Of a DNA stretch of 64,000 bases, positions 53,780 to 63,170 are shown piece after piece. Both the position numbers and the translations under genes were made by a program. Within the stretch, counting starts at the first letter, position 1; each line of letters begins with the position of its first letter. The stretch comes from Ruminococcus sp. Its GTDB lineage: Bacteria; Bacillota; Clostridia; Oscillospirales; Ruminococcaceae. The notes under the pieces are model-generated. The model was not told the origin of the DNA, made no database searches, and saw nothing but the letters and a program-made list of their open reading frames with translations. The DNA is taken from positions 19,271-83,270 of the forward strand of contig JAFUTU010000008.1 of NCBI GenBank assembly GCA_017484095.1. The letters are read 5' to 3'.

Positions 53780-54976
53780 ATGCTTGTAATATATATTATT
53801 CTGCTCATAGCGTCGTTATTGTTCTATATATTATACATTGAAAGTTTTTCATTTTATCTGTTTGCGTTCTTAGTTGCGCTGCCGATAATACTGTTCATTA
53901 TGCTCAGGCGTGCTTCAAAGCGCGTCAAAGTCTCATTTGCAGGAGGTCAGCGCGTTTGTGTAAGGGGCGGACATATACCTGTTGTGATAAGGTGCGAGAA
54001 CAGATGCAGATATCCTATCTCTAATCTACTTATCGAGATCGAGCACTATAACACGGTAGATTCGATAAAGGATACAGTAAAGATATGCACGCCTCTTTAC
54101 CCGAAAGAGGTACAATTTCTGACTATGCACCTTTCGTCTTTGCATTACGGCACTATAAAGCTGAGCATAACACGGTGCAGAATATCAGATATGCTGAAAC
54201 TTTTCAAAATGAAGCTTAAAGGACCTGCAAAGAACGTGCCTTACAGCGAGACCTCTTTCACTGTGATACCGAACATCATCCCTATTGAGAATTCTATTGC
54301 AAACTACTCCGAAATGGGACTGGAGACCGATGAGTACTCAAAGGATCACAAGGGAGATGACCCCTCAGAGATATTTGATATACACGAATACCAGGAGGGT
54401 GACAAGATAAACAGGATCCACTGGAAGCTTTCAGCCAAGCAGGACACGACTATGGTGAAGGATTATTCACTGCCGATAGCGAATTCTATCATCATGGTCG
54501 TTGATATGAATATAGACAGAAAACAAAACGATTTTATGGGAATATATGATGCCGTTGTGGAAACAGTCTCGGCGGTAACTCAATATCTTTCTGAAAATAA
54601 AACTGTGCATAAAGTCATCTGGTATGATACGATCACAGGCGAGAACATATCAATGACGATCAAGGACGAAGAGGATTCTAGGCTGCTTATAAGTATGCTG
54701 TTAAGGTCGGGTCTGTACAGCGGTGAACACCCTGCGCTGCTCAACTATGTGAACTCTCAGGACAGGTTCAAGTGCGGCCACCTAATGTACTTTTCTGCAA
54801 ATTACGATGAGAGCGTTACATCGCTGATGAATGATGCTGACCTTGCGTTCAGGTATTCTTATCTGCTGATACACGGATCAGATGATGATAACAGAACGAT
54901 CGCTGATGAGTTTGCAGAAGTGGTGCACGTTGATCTTAACAACGCACCCGAAAGTATCAGAGATCTTTGTCTGTAA
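53780..54976 (+). CDS. DUF58 protein (vWA-like partner of MoxR) with N-terminal TM helices
   Basis: DUF58 signature IHEYQEGDKINRIHWKLSAK, with two N-terminal TM helices. Confidence 0.85.
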   Translation: MLVIYIILLIASLLFYILYIESFSFYLFAFLVALPIILFIMLRRASKRVKVSFAGGQRVCVRGGHIPVVIRCENRCRYPISNLLIEIEHYNTVDSIKDTVKICTPLYPKEVQFLTMHLSSLHYGTIKLSITRCRISDMLKLFKMKLKGPAKNVPYSETSFTVIPNIIPIENSIANYSEMGLETDEYSKDHKGDDPSEIFDIHEYQEGDKINRIHWKLSAKQDTTMVKDYSLPIANSIIMVVDMNIDRKQNDFMGIYDAVVETVSAVTQYLSENKTVHKVIWYDTITGENISMTIKDEEDSRLLISMLLRSGLYSGEHPALLNYVNSQDRFKCGHLMYFSANYDESVTSLMNDADLAFRYSYLLIHGSDDDNRTIADEFAEVVHVDLNNAPESIRDLCL

Positions 54977-55005
54977 AAGTGAGAGCAAAAAATAAAGGTG
55001 ACAAA

Positions 55006-57735
55006 ATGAAAAATGCAAAAAAAAGGAAAAAAGATATAGGGCTCATATCACCAAGCGGCATAGTTATTGACGGTGATATACTGCTTGACTGTCAGAATGA
55101 ACACACAAGCAAATATTTTCTGGCAGTCAGAGTGTTCCTAAGCTTTATGGCGACATACTGTACCGCTGTGATGGGAGCTTCGTTTCTCAATTTAGATATA
55201 GCGTACACGGTGCTGTTTTTCTACTCGGCGATGCTTACTGTCTCATTCGGACTGCTGAGAGCGAAACACAGTATAGTCAGACTTGGAGCAATAGTATATC
55301 TGGTGTTTCACGCTATCTATATCGGTACGAATTTTGAAAACATACGCTACGGCTTCTATGTGGTGGCCGATGACTACCTGAGCAAGGCAAATCAGCCAAA
55401 TTCTGTAATGGGCGTTGTGCTTCATAACTTAAAGCACACAGATTATTCTTACTATGCAACGATCTTTTTTGTGGTGCTCATAACTCTGCTCGCACTGGTG
55501 ACCGCAGCAGCGTGTGTATATAAGATTGATTTTCCGCTGCTGTTTATCATAACGTTTCCGATATTTGAACTCGGAATGTACTGGGGCTGGGTGCCTGATC
55601 TTGTGCCAACGGTGTGCCTGTTCATAGTGTGGATAATCATACTTGCGATGCACATAATAAACCACACCACCAACAAGGCAGGACGTCGCAACACCTTTGC
55701 CGTTCATGAGCGAAAAAAGACCTACTACTTTACATCAAACAATGCAAAGGGCGCTTTTTACACGGTTTACATAAGGTTTATCGCCCTTATGTGTGCGGTG
55801 ATATTTACAGTTGCAATGCTGTTTTCCCTTATCACAGGCTTTACAAGGCCGAGAAAATTCAACAAGTACAGACATGACATATCTACGGCAGTGTCTAATT
55901 TCACTATGTACGATCTGCAGAACCTGTTCTCTGATTATAACGGCGGAACTGATATATTCGGAGTTAAAACTGTAGGAGGAACCAACGGCGGTATCCTCGG
56001 ACAGACTTCGGGAATCAGCTTCAACGGCTCGACTGCGCTCAGGCTGACAGCAAGCCCGTTCAGCAGCTCGCTGTATCTTAAAGGCTATGTAGGCGGAGTT
56101 TATAAGGATAATTCATGGCTGCCTGTAGATGTTGACGAGGATGACGTTGACTTTGATGATGATTTTGAAGATATAGGGCTTTGGTCGCAGGATCTGAATT
56201 ACCTTATCGCTCACGAATGCAGGTATGAGCCCGATGACACAGATGAGCTGACGATATATGCTGTCGGTGCGAGCAAAAAGTTCGTATATGCGCCTTATTC
56301 TACATTCTATTCCGAGACTAGCGATAACCAGAAAAACGGCATGACGCCGACGCTTGAAGGATATGTTAAGCCGGGCTCTGACAAATATACGATAACTTAT
56401 TGCAGTTATGACAGGATGTCGGGTGATCTTGCAGCGGTCGAAGAGGATTTCAGGCTTAATGAAGAGACATCTTCGATGCTGACTCGCGATGCATTTGAAG
56501 CTCTTGACGGATATACAGAATTTGTAGAGGAAAACTACACAAAGGTTCACAGATCAAAGACGCTTGACAGAGTTTACAATGAGATAGCAACTAATTATCT
56601 TGGCGGTTCTGGAAACTGGACATACTATGAAGTGTACAATGCAATAAAATCTTATTTTGTCGAATCGGGAGAATACAAGTACAGTCTCCAGCCCGGTATA
56701 ACACCCGAGGGAGAGGACTTTATAGATTATTTCCTTGACACTCAGAAAGAGGGCTACTGCTCATATTATGCTTCGGCAGGTGTTGAGCTGCTCAGAAAAT
56801 TCGGGTATCCTGCAAGATACGTTGAAGGTTATATGATACTTCCCTCACAGCTTGGCAACGGCGAAGACGAGGACGGAACATACAAGATAAATGTTAAAGA
56901 CAAGTGTGCTCACGCCTGGGCTGAGGTATATATCGAAAATGCAGGCTGGTACCCTGCGGAGTTTACACCCGGATACGATAACGACAACCCTAACCTTTCA
57001 GATGATGAAAAGGACCCTGGGAGCAAGAAAAGGAATTCGGACAGCTCAAGGGCAACACCTGATTCAAGTGCGGCGCCTTCCGAGGGATCATCTTCAAACG
57101 CAGGTACCGTATCAAAGAATGGCACAGAGAGCTCTGACAGATCTTCAAAGGTGACAAGCTCTGATACTTCATCAAAAAGCTCTGCTGCTAACTCAGAGAC
57201 TGACCCAAATAAAAAAGTAGGTTCAGGCTCGGGGGCAGATCATGGGGCAGCTGACGAAAGCTTATCCGGAAAGGCTGAACGCACAAAGCCGAAGAGTATG
57301 AGCGGCGCGATAATTTCTATATTGGCGCTGTTATTTGTGGTGGCTATCGTTGCGCTGAACAGAATTTTCAAAAACAAAGCCATGATAAAAGCTGTCAGTG
57401 AAGGAAGCGGCTCCGAGAGGATAATGGCGATGTACAGATACTTATTGAAGTATCTTTCATTGGTCGGTGTTTACAAAGGAGGAAATGTTTCAGATCTGCG
57501 TACTGCTGAGCTTATCATCGCTAACCTTTCAGAAAAACAGCTGTCACCGATAGCTGACGATGTACGCTACATTGCTGAACTGGCTATCAAAGCACATATG
57601 AGCAACGAGGTGATCTCTGATAAAGATGCCGATATGGCAAAATCAAAGTTTGACAGCATCAGGCTCGGGGCTATATATCCGCAGCTGTCACTAGGCGAAA
57701 AGCTGACAGCAACGCTGGTATCAGGATTATATTAA
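55006..57735 (+). CDS. polytopic transglutaminase-like membrane protein
   Basis: ATG 55006. About 6-8 N-terminal TM helices, a transglutaminase core (EGYCSYYASAGVELLRKFGYPARYVEGY, CAHAWAEVY), a Ser/Asp/Lys-rich linker, a further TM helix and a C-terminal helical domain. Confidence 0.8.
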   Translation: MKNAKKRKKDIGLISPSGIVIDGDILLDCQNEHTSKYFLAVRVFLSFMATYCTAVMGASFLNLDIAYTVLFFYSAMLTVSFGLLRAKHSIVRLGAIVYLVFHAIYIGTNFENIRYGFYVVADDYLSKANQPNSVMGVVLHNLKHTDYSYYATIFFVVLITLLALVTAAACVYKIDFPLLFIITFPIFELGMYWGWVPDLVPTVCLFIVWIIILAMHIINHTTNKAGRRNTFAVHERKKTYYFTSNNAKGAFYTVYIRFIALMCAVIFTVAMLFSLITGFTRPRKFNKYRHDISTAVSNFTMYDLQNLFSDYNGGTDIFGVKTVGGTNGGILGQTSGISFNGSTALRLTASPFSSSLYLKGYVGGVYKDNSWLPVDVDEDDVDFDDDFEDIGLWSQDLNYLIAHECRYEPDDTDELTIYAVGASKKFVYAPYSTFYSETSDNQKNGMTPTLEGYVKPGSDKYTITYCSYDRMSGDLAAVEEDFRLNEETSSMLTRDAFEALDGYTEFVEENYTKVHRSKTLDRVYNEIATNYLGGSGNWTYYEVYNAIKSYFVESGEYKYSLQPGITPEGEDFIDYFLDTQKEGYCSYYASAGVELLRKFGYPARYVEGYMILPSQLGNGEDEDGTYKINVKDKCAHAWAEVYIENAGWYPAEFTPGYDNDNPNLSDDEKDPGSKKRNSDSSRATPDSSAAPSEGSSSNAGTVSKNGTESSDRSSKVTSSDTSSKSSAANSETDPNKKVGSGSGADHGAADESLSGKAERTKPKSMSGAIISILALLFVVAIVALNRIFKNKAMIKAVSEGSGSERIMAMYRYLLKYLSLVGVYKGGNVSDLRTAELIIANLSEKQLSPIADDVRYIAELAIKAHMSNEVISDKDADMAKSKFDSIRLGAIYPQLSLGEKLTATLVSGLY

Positions 57736-57794
57736 ATAATAAAAAGCCTTGCGTATTGAACTGAACCATAAAAAACGTACAATGACAAAAAAGA

Positions 57795-57825
57795 CCTCCT
57801 ATGGTATAATAGAAACCATAGGAGG
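57795..57825 (+). promoter_or_regulatory. hairpin able to occlude the transposase RBS, with the IS promoter -10 in its loop
   Basis: CCTCCTATGG (57795-57804) is perfectly complementary to CCATAGGAGG (57816-57825). The loop TATAATAGAAA holds TATAAT, with ATGACA 17 nt upstream. GGAGG lies 7 nt before ATG 57833. Confidence 0.55.
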
Positions 57826-57832
57826 TTATGTT

Positions 57833-58168
57833 ATGGCAAGAAGTTACAGACACATACAGCAGTATGAAAAAGAGATCATGGAGTTAAGAGAACAAGGATT
57901 GACCTTGCACCAGATAGGAGACAGATTAGGTTTTAGCGTTAAACAGCTCAAAAATTTCATAAATAGGTACAATGAAAAACAAAGAAGAATAGCTGCCGGT
58001 GTAATATTGAGGAAAAAAGGGCGTCCTCCTAAAGACTATAAGTTCACGGAAACAGATAAGATAAACGAACTGAAATATATCATTGCGCGCAAAGACGCAA
58101 GGATCAAAGCGCTTGAAATGGAAAACGAACTTATGCGGGATTTTCTATCGCTCACAGAAAGGAAGTGA
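57833..58168 (+). CDS. IS3-family transposase OrfA (HTH)
   Basis: 111 aa with an HTH region (LTLHQIGDRLGFSVKQLKNFI) and a leucine-zipper-like C-terminus. Start moved to ATG 57833. Confidence 0.85.
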   Translation: MARSYRHIQQYEKEIMELREQGLTLHQIGDRLGFSVKQLKNFINRYNEKQRRIAAGVILRKKGRPPKDYKFTETDKINELKYIIARKDARIKALEMENELMRDFLSLTERK

Positions 58169-59019
58169 GACCGGAGGTCAAATTCAGAGTTATCTATCGT
58201 CATAAAGACAAATACAGCATCAGCGAGATGTGCAGGTTCTTCGAGGTGTCCAGAAGTGGCTATTACGGCTTTGTAAAGTGCATGGACAGACCTGCAAAGG
58301 ATCTGGAACTTTCCGAACTCATCAGAGAATGTCAGGCTGAGACTAAACAAACATATGGCTACAGACGTGTTGCGATATGGCTGGAACGCAAAGGCGTTCA
58401 TCACAACCCTAAGACCATTCTTCGTGTAATGAACAAATACAGCCTTCTTTCGGTTTGCAGACGAAGAAAGTATTGCAATTACAGTCAAGTTCTGCACAGA
58501 TACGAAAATCTTCTGAACCGTGATTTTCACGCTGACAGACCTAATCAGAAGTGGGTGACCGATATTTCCTACATAAAGACTGCACAGGGATTTCTGTATC
58601 TTTCAGTTATCCGTGACCTTTATGACCGCAGTATAGTTGCTTACAAAACATCGACAGTACAGAACATAAACCTTGTTCTGAACACGATAAGAGCAGCCAA
58701 GAGAAAGGAAAAGGTCACTGGAGAGTTGCAGCTCCACAGTGACCAAGGGTTTCAATACACTTCACAACCGTATTTTAACCTAACTAAAAGATATCACATT
58801 ACGCCGTCAATGTCAAGACGTGGGAACCCATATGACAACGCTTTGGCTGAAAATTTCTTCTCTATCCTCAAAACCGAGTGCATTTACAGGACGAAGATCA
58901 AAACATTTGCAGAAGCAAGACATCTGATTGATGACTACATTTACTTTTACAATCATCAGCGCATTCAGACGAAAACAAAACTGACTCCGCTCGAATTGCG
59001 AAGCCAGTTCGTTGCTTGA
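58165..59019 (+). CDS. IS3-family transposase OrfB (DDE integrase domain), -1 frame relative to OrfA
   Basis: DDE motifs: KWVTDISY, LHSDQGFQYTS, YDNALAENFFS. This frame is open from 58117. It is probably expressed as an OrfAB fusion by -1 frameshifting, or from GTG 58165. Confidence 0.85.
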   Translation: MRPEVKFRVIYRHKDKYSISEMCRFFEVSRSGYYGFVKCMDRPAKDLELSELIRECQAETKQTYGYRRVAIWLERKGVHHNPKTILRVMNKYSLLSVCRRRKYCNYSQVLHRYENLLNRDFHADRPNQKWVTDISYIKTAQGFLYLSVIRDLYDRSIVAYKTSTVQNINLVLNTIRAAKRKEKVTGELQLHSDQGFQYTSQPYFNLTKRYHITPSMSRRGNPYDNALAENFFSILKTECIYRTKIKTFAEARHLIDDYIYFYNHQRIQTKTKLTPLELRSQFVA

Positions 59020-59106
59020 TCTAATTATCCATAGGGGCTTTTTTGTGCTGTACGCACAAAGTGGTTCGGTTCATACGCTTAGAGGCTTTATTTTAAAATG
59101 ATATTA

Positions 59107-59589
59107 TTATTTGATCCGCTCAAGCAGGCAAACCGCAGTTGCAGATATCCCCAGACCTTCACCTGTAAAGCCAAGGCGCTCTTCGGTGGTAGCTTTAACA
59201 GAAACCTGAGTTATATCACAACCAATAGCTTCTGAAAGAGTTTTTCTCATTTTCTCAATGTGCGGAGCAAGCTTAGGCGCCTGAGCACAAACAGTAGAAT
59301 CAATATTTCCTACGCGCCAACCCTCTTTTTTGATGATATCTGTAACCTCACGCAGAAGCGCTATGCTGTCAGCACCTTCATATCTCGTGTCAGTATCAGG
59401 AAAGTGCTTGCCGATATCTCCGAGCGCAAGCGCCCCTAGAATAGAATCCATTATCGCATGAGTAAGAACATCTGCATCGGAATGTCCGAGCAGTCCCTTC
59501 TCGTATTCGATCTCTACACCGCCTATGATGAGTTTTCTCCCTTCGGTCAGCCTGTGAACATCATAGCCATGACCTATGCGAATATCCAT
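59107..59589 (-). CDS. ispF: 2-C-methyl-D-erythritol 2,4-cyclodiphosphate synthase
   Basis: ATG 59589 follows AAGGAGG. Motifs [10 protein letters not shown] and GHSDADV. Confidence 0.93.
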   Translation of the reverse strand: MDIRIGHGYDVHRLTEGRKLIIGGVEIEYEKGLLGHSDADVLTHAIMDSILGALALGDIGKHFPDTDTRYEGADSIALLREVTDIIKKEGWRVGNIDSTVCAQAPKLAPHIEKMRKTLSEAIGCDITQVSVKATTEERLGFTGEGLGISATAVCLLERIK

Positions 59590-59640
59590 ACTGTCCTCCT
59601 TTTTGTACAATTAAACAAATTAACTGAGGAAAAAATCGTA

Positions 59641-60753
59641 CTATATTTCTGAATAGTTACCTAAGAACTTGAAATACGAAAGCTCTGAGCGCAGTTCATT
59701 GATAAGCTTTGATACAGCAGGATCACTTATATCCCCCTCAAAATCAAGGTAGAACACTACATCAAAATCAGTATTGGCGATAGGTCTGCTCTCGATCATT
59801 GTAAGGTTGAGCCCTGCGACTGAAAACTTGGTGAGCAGTCTGTACAGCGCCGACTGAGTATGCGGCAGTGCAAGTGAAACTGTGATTATATCCGCATTAT
59901 CAGTTTTGAGCTTGTCTTTTGAGATAAGAATGAATTTTGTGTAATTTGCACTTGCATTAGCAATATCCCTGTAGAGTATATCAAGTCCGAGCTCCTCAGC
60001 GCAGACCTCTGAGCAGATAGCAGCATATGGTTCATCGCTTGTACTCACATATTCCGCTGCAAGAGCAGTGTTAGCATAGTGGTGCGCTTTCAGACAGTTT
60101 TTCTTTAGGAATTCAGAACACTGAGATATAGCCTGCTCATGAGAGTAAACGATCTTGATATCATCGGCGCCGATGCCTTTTTTTGCAGCCAGACAATGTG
60201 ATACCTTCACTTTTGTAGAAGCACATATCCTGAAATCATATTCCTTCATCAGTTCGTATGTCCTGCTCACACTGCCTGCCGTTGAGTTTGCGATAGGCAA
60301 TATACCGAAATCACAGCTGCCGTCATTCACTGCCTTGAATACGTCTTCAAAATCTTCAAAGAACACAGCCTCATAATCAGGGAACATCTTATCGGCTGCC
60401 ATTTGTGAGTATGAGCCTACAGTTCCCGGGACCGCTGTTCTGCAATGTTTGCTAAAGTCCAATAATTTGTACTCTTCTATACTGTCGGCCTCAAAAAGCT
60501 CCTGATACTGGCGGCATTTTGATATGTCCATTATCGTCTGGAAAAACACTCTTGAAGCATTCCCCATACCATCGGGGGCGTTTTTTTCAACAGCGTTTAG
60601 TATCTCTTGCTCACGCACGAGCTGAAAAACAGGCATATCGTGCTCTATCTTGTATTCAGCGACCTTGAAGCTAAGTTCCATTCTTTTGTTGAACAGCTCC
60701 TGCATCTGCTGATTGATAACATCTATCTGGTCTCTGAGCTCGTTCAGCTCCAT
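59641..60753 (-). CDS. pheA: bifunctional chorismate mutase / prephenate dehydratase
   Basis: N-terminal CM_2 helices (LNELRDQIDVINQQMQELFNKRMEL), a PDT domain and a C-terminal ACT domain (ESRP...). Start taken at ATG 60753; the track uses TTG 60771. Confidence 0.88.
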   Translation of the reverse strand: MELNELRDQIDVINQQMQELFNKRMELSFKVAEYKIEHDMPVFQLVREQEILNAVEKNAPDGMGNASRVFFQTIMDISKCRQYQELFEADSIEEYKLLDFSKHCRTAVPGTVGSYSQMAADKMFPDYEAVFFEDFEDVFKAVNDGSCDFGILPIANSTAGSVSRTYELMKEYDFRICASTKVKVSHCLAAKKGIGADDIKIVYSHEQAISQCSEFLKKNCLKAHHYANTALAAEYVSTSDEPYAAICSEVCAEELGLDILYRDIANASANYTKFILISKDKLKTDNADIITVSLALPHTQSALYRLLTKFSVAGLNLTMIESRPIANTDFDVVFYLDFEGDISDPAVSKLINELRSELSYFKFLGNYSEI

Positions 60754-60940
60754 AGTCACCAGTCCTTTCAAATCAAAGTATCAAGTGAATTAAGTATATC
60801 ATATTTGAGTGTTATTTTCAAGTGCCTGATGCAAATATTACAATTTGTAAATTTTTTGACTCAAACCCCTTGTAATGGGTAAAAAAGTATGCTATAATAA
60901 CTATATATAACCGATATTTGGATCAATGGAGAAATTAGTT

Positions 60941-61822
60941 ATGATGGACGCTATTGCTTCTGTTATAAATTCAATATGGGGCGTTTTCAGGTCGATAGGG
61001 ATCAACGACATCGTTGATATATTCTTGCTGTCGCTGCTTATTTTTTATGGCATAAAGCTGGTACGCGAAACCAGAGCACAGCAGCTTACCAAAGGAATAC
61101 TTATCCTTATCGTATGTTATTTGCTGGCAGTTGTGTTCAGTCTGCAAACTATCAGATTTATCCTGAAGATGTGCTTCCAGTGGGGCTTCCTGGCGCTTGT
61201 TATCATGTTCCAGCCTGAGCTTCGCCGTGTGCTTGAAAAGGTCGGCAGAGCCAACTTCTCTGGTCTCAGCTATATTCTCGGCCCCGACAGCGATGAGGAT
61301 ACCGAGCATCTGACCAAGTGCATCGAGGCTGTATGTGATGCAGCATCTAACCTTAGCTCGACAAAAACGGGTGCTCTTATCATTATGGAGCGCAAGACAA
61401 AACTGGGTGAGCAGATAGCGACGGGAACAGTGCTCAACTGTGAGCCTTCGCCGCAGATCTTCGGCAACATTTTCTTCCCGAACACACCCCTCCATGACGG
61501 AGCTGTAATAATCCGTGACGGTATGGTGCTTGCAGCAGGCTGCTTCCTTCCGAGACCGCAGAAGGATGAGCTTATAAACAAGCAGCTGGGCTCCCGTCAC
61601 AGGGCAGCAATAGGTATGAGTGAGAACTCAGACGCTATCGTAATAGTAGTATCTGAGGAGACAGGCAACATATCTGTTGCGGAAAACGGTGAGCTTACCA
61701 GAGGCTTTAACCGTGATTCTCTGAAAAAGCTTCTTGACAACAGGCTTTTGCCTGAAAAAGATCCTAATTCCATTAGAGAAAATTCTTTGGCAGGAAGGGT
61801 GATTTCAAAATGGAAAAAGTAA
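60941..61822 (+). CDS. cdaA: diadenylate cyclase CdaA
   Basis: Three N-terminal TM helices plus a DAC domain (LHDGAVII, LGSRHRAAIG, VVSEETG). Start preferred at ATG 60941, which follows GGAGAAA by 7 nt; the track uses 60926. Confidence 0.9.
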   Translation: MMDAIASVINSIWGVFRSIGINDIVDIFLLSLLIFYGIKLVRETRAQQLTKGILILIVCYLLAVVFSLQTIRFILKMCFQWGFLALVIMFQPELRRVLEKVGRANFSGLSYILGPDSDEDTEHLTKCIEAVCDAASNLSSTKTGALIIMERKTKLGEQIATGTVLNCEPSPQIFGNIFFPNTPLHDGAVIIRDGMVLAAGCFLPRPQKDELINKQLGSRHRAAIGMSENSDAIVIVVSEETGNISVAENGELTRGFNRDSLKKLLDNRLLPEKDPNSIRENSLAGRVISKWKK

Positions 61823-63117
61823 AGAACGTCAGGAAGCACGGCAATGATTTTGTTCTGCGTATCCTGTCTGTCATAATAGCGGTCATAATCTGGTTTGCCC
61901 TGTCGATAACACAGTATCCTACTATCAGCAGATCTATAAGCAATATCCCTGTTACGTTCTCCCTTGACGGTACACAGGCTGAGGAGAAGGGCCTTTCTGT
62001 ACTGAATAAGGAAGATATCGAGGATATAAGCGTAGATGTTGAGATAAAGGGAATGAACTACGAGATAGGCGGTTACACTGCTTCCGATCTTATCGCATCT
62101 GTTGATCTCAGCTCTGTTACCAAGGAAGGTACATATGAGCTCGACATAGATGTAAGATCATCTCATACTACTGACAGAGTTACCATAACATCTATCACAC
62201 CTCCGACAGTGTCTGTTTCATTTGATAAGATAACTGAAAAGACTGTGCCTGTTAATGTTGATGCGCCGCTTGTTACCGCTGAAGAGGGTTATACCCTCAG
62301 AGATACCACGGTAACTCCCGACGAGCTTACGATCGAAGGTCCTCAGAATGAGATAGATAAGATCAGCAAAGCAACTATTGACCTCAAGACCTCGATGAAG
62401 ATAACAGAGGAAACTGTTATCAATACTGATGACTTTAAATACTACGATGAGGACGACAATGAGGTAAAACCCAGCGGAGTTACGCTTAAAAACACCAAAT
62501 CATTCGATGTTGATTTTGTGGTTTATAAGAAAAAGACCATAAACCTCAATGTAGCATTTGAAAACGCCTCAACAACATTTGACAAGTCATCTCTGCCGAT
62601 GAATATGTCGGAAGAAACCTTGTCTGTGGCTACTCCCGATCTTGACTCGGATGAGGAAGAGAATATCATATTGGGCACTATAGACCTTACAGAAGTTGAT
62701 CTCACGAATAAGTATACATTTGTAATACCTCTTGATGATGACGAGGTAAATATGAGCGGTGAGGATCAGGTGACGGTAACGTTTGATCCTACGGATTATA
62801 TTTCAAAGGATCTTGCAGTGTCAAGTGATAATTTTGTGCTGCTGAATAAGCCGTCCGGCAAGGATATCACATTTGAAACGAAGAAGATATCAGGCGTCAC
62901 TGTTTACGGCCCGGAGAGCGTGATCTCAAAGCTTACGGCCGATGACCTTTACCTTCAGGTCGATCTGAGCGGAGTGCAGGCCAACGGCTCGTATTCAAAA
63001 CTCGGTATCGTGTATTCTCCGAAGTATAATAACATCTGGGGCTATGGCTCAAATGAGATACAGGTCGTTGTTTCTAATATATCGAATTCAAATGAGAACT
63101 CTGCAACAGAGGAATAA
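61810..63117 (+). CDS. cdaR: CdaA regulator CdaR (YbbR-domain protein)
   Basis: N-terminal TM helix followed by repeated YbbR-like beta domains. It overlaps the cdaA 3' end by 13 nt, the standard cdaA-cdaR arrangement. Confidence 0.85.
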   Translation: MEKVKNVRKHGNDFVLRILSVIIAVIIWFALSITQYPTISRSISNIPVTFSLDGTQAEEKGLSVLNKEDIEDISVDVEIKGMNYEIGGYTASDLIASVDLSSVTKEGTYELDIDVRSSHTTDRVTITSITPPTVSVSFDKITEKTVPVNVDAPLVTAEEGYTLRDTTVTPDELTIEGPQNEIDKISKATIDLKTSMKITEETVINTDDFKYYDEDDNEVKPSGVTLKNTKSFDVDFVVYKKKTINLNVAFENASTTFDKSSLPMNMSEETLSVATPDLDSDEEENIILGTIDLTEVDLTNKYTFVIPLDDDEVNMSGEDQVTVTFDPTDYISKDLAVSSDNFVLLNKPSGKDITFETKKISGVTVYGPESVISKLTADDLYLQVDLSGVQANGSYSKLGIVYSPKYNNIWGYGSNEIQVVVSNISNSNENSATEE

Positions 63118-63126
63118 TAATGAATT

Positions 63127-63156
63127 AAGGGGCTGTCGGATCATCGACAGCCCCTT
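63127..63156 (+). terminator. stem-loop after cdaR
   Basis: AAGGGGCTGTCG-GATCAT-CGACAGCCCCTT, followed by only a short T-run. Confidence 0.5.
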
Positions 63157-63170
63157 TGACAGGAGTAAAT

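Larger units (their letters stand above)
57757..59073 (+). mobile_element. IS3-family insertion sequence, apparently intact (~1.3 kb)
   Basis: Two ORFs in 0/-1 frames. Ends TGAACTGAACC... and ...GGTTCGGTTCA. There are ~50-nt imperfect terminal inverted repeats (left 57751-57804, right 59029-59078). Boundaries are uncertain by about 6 nt and no clear target duplication is visible. Confidence 0.85.

Noticed and set aside
58013-58019. AAAAAAG heptamer inside IS OrfA, a tempting -1 frameshift site
   Set aside because: In the zero frame it reads AAA-AAA-G rather than A-AAA-AAG. After a -1 shift the reading frame hits TAA at 58030-58032, so it cannot connect to OrfB.
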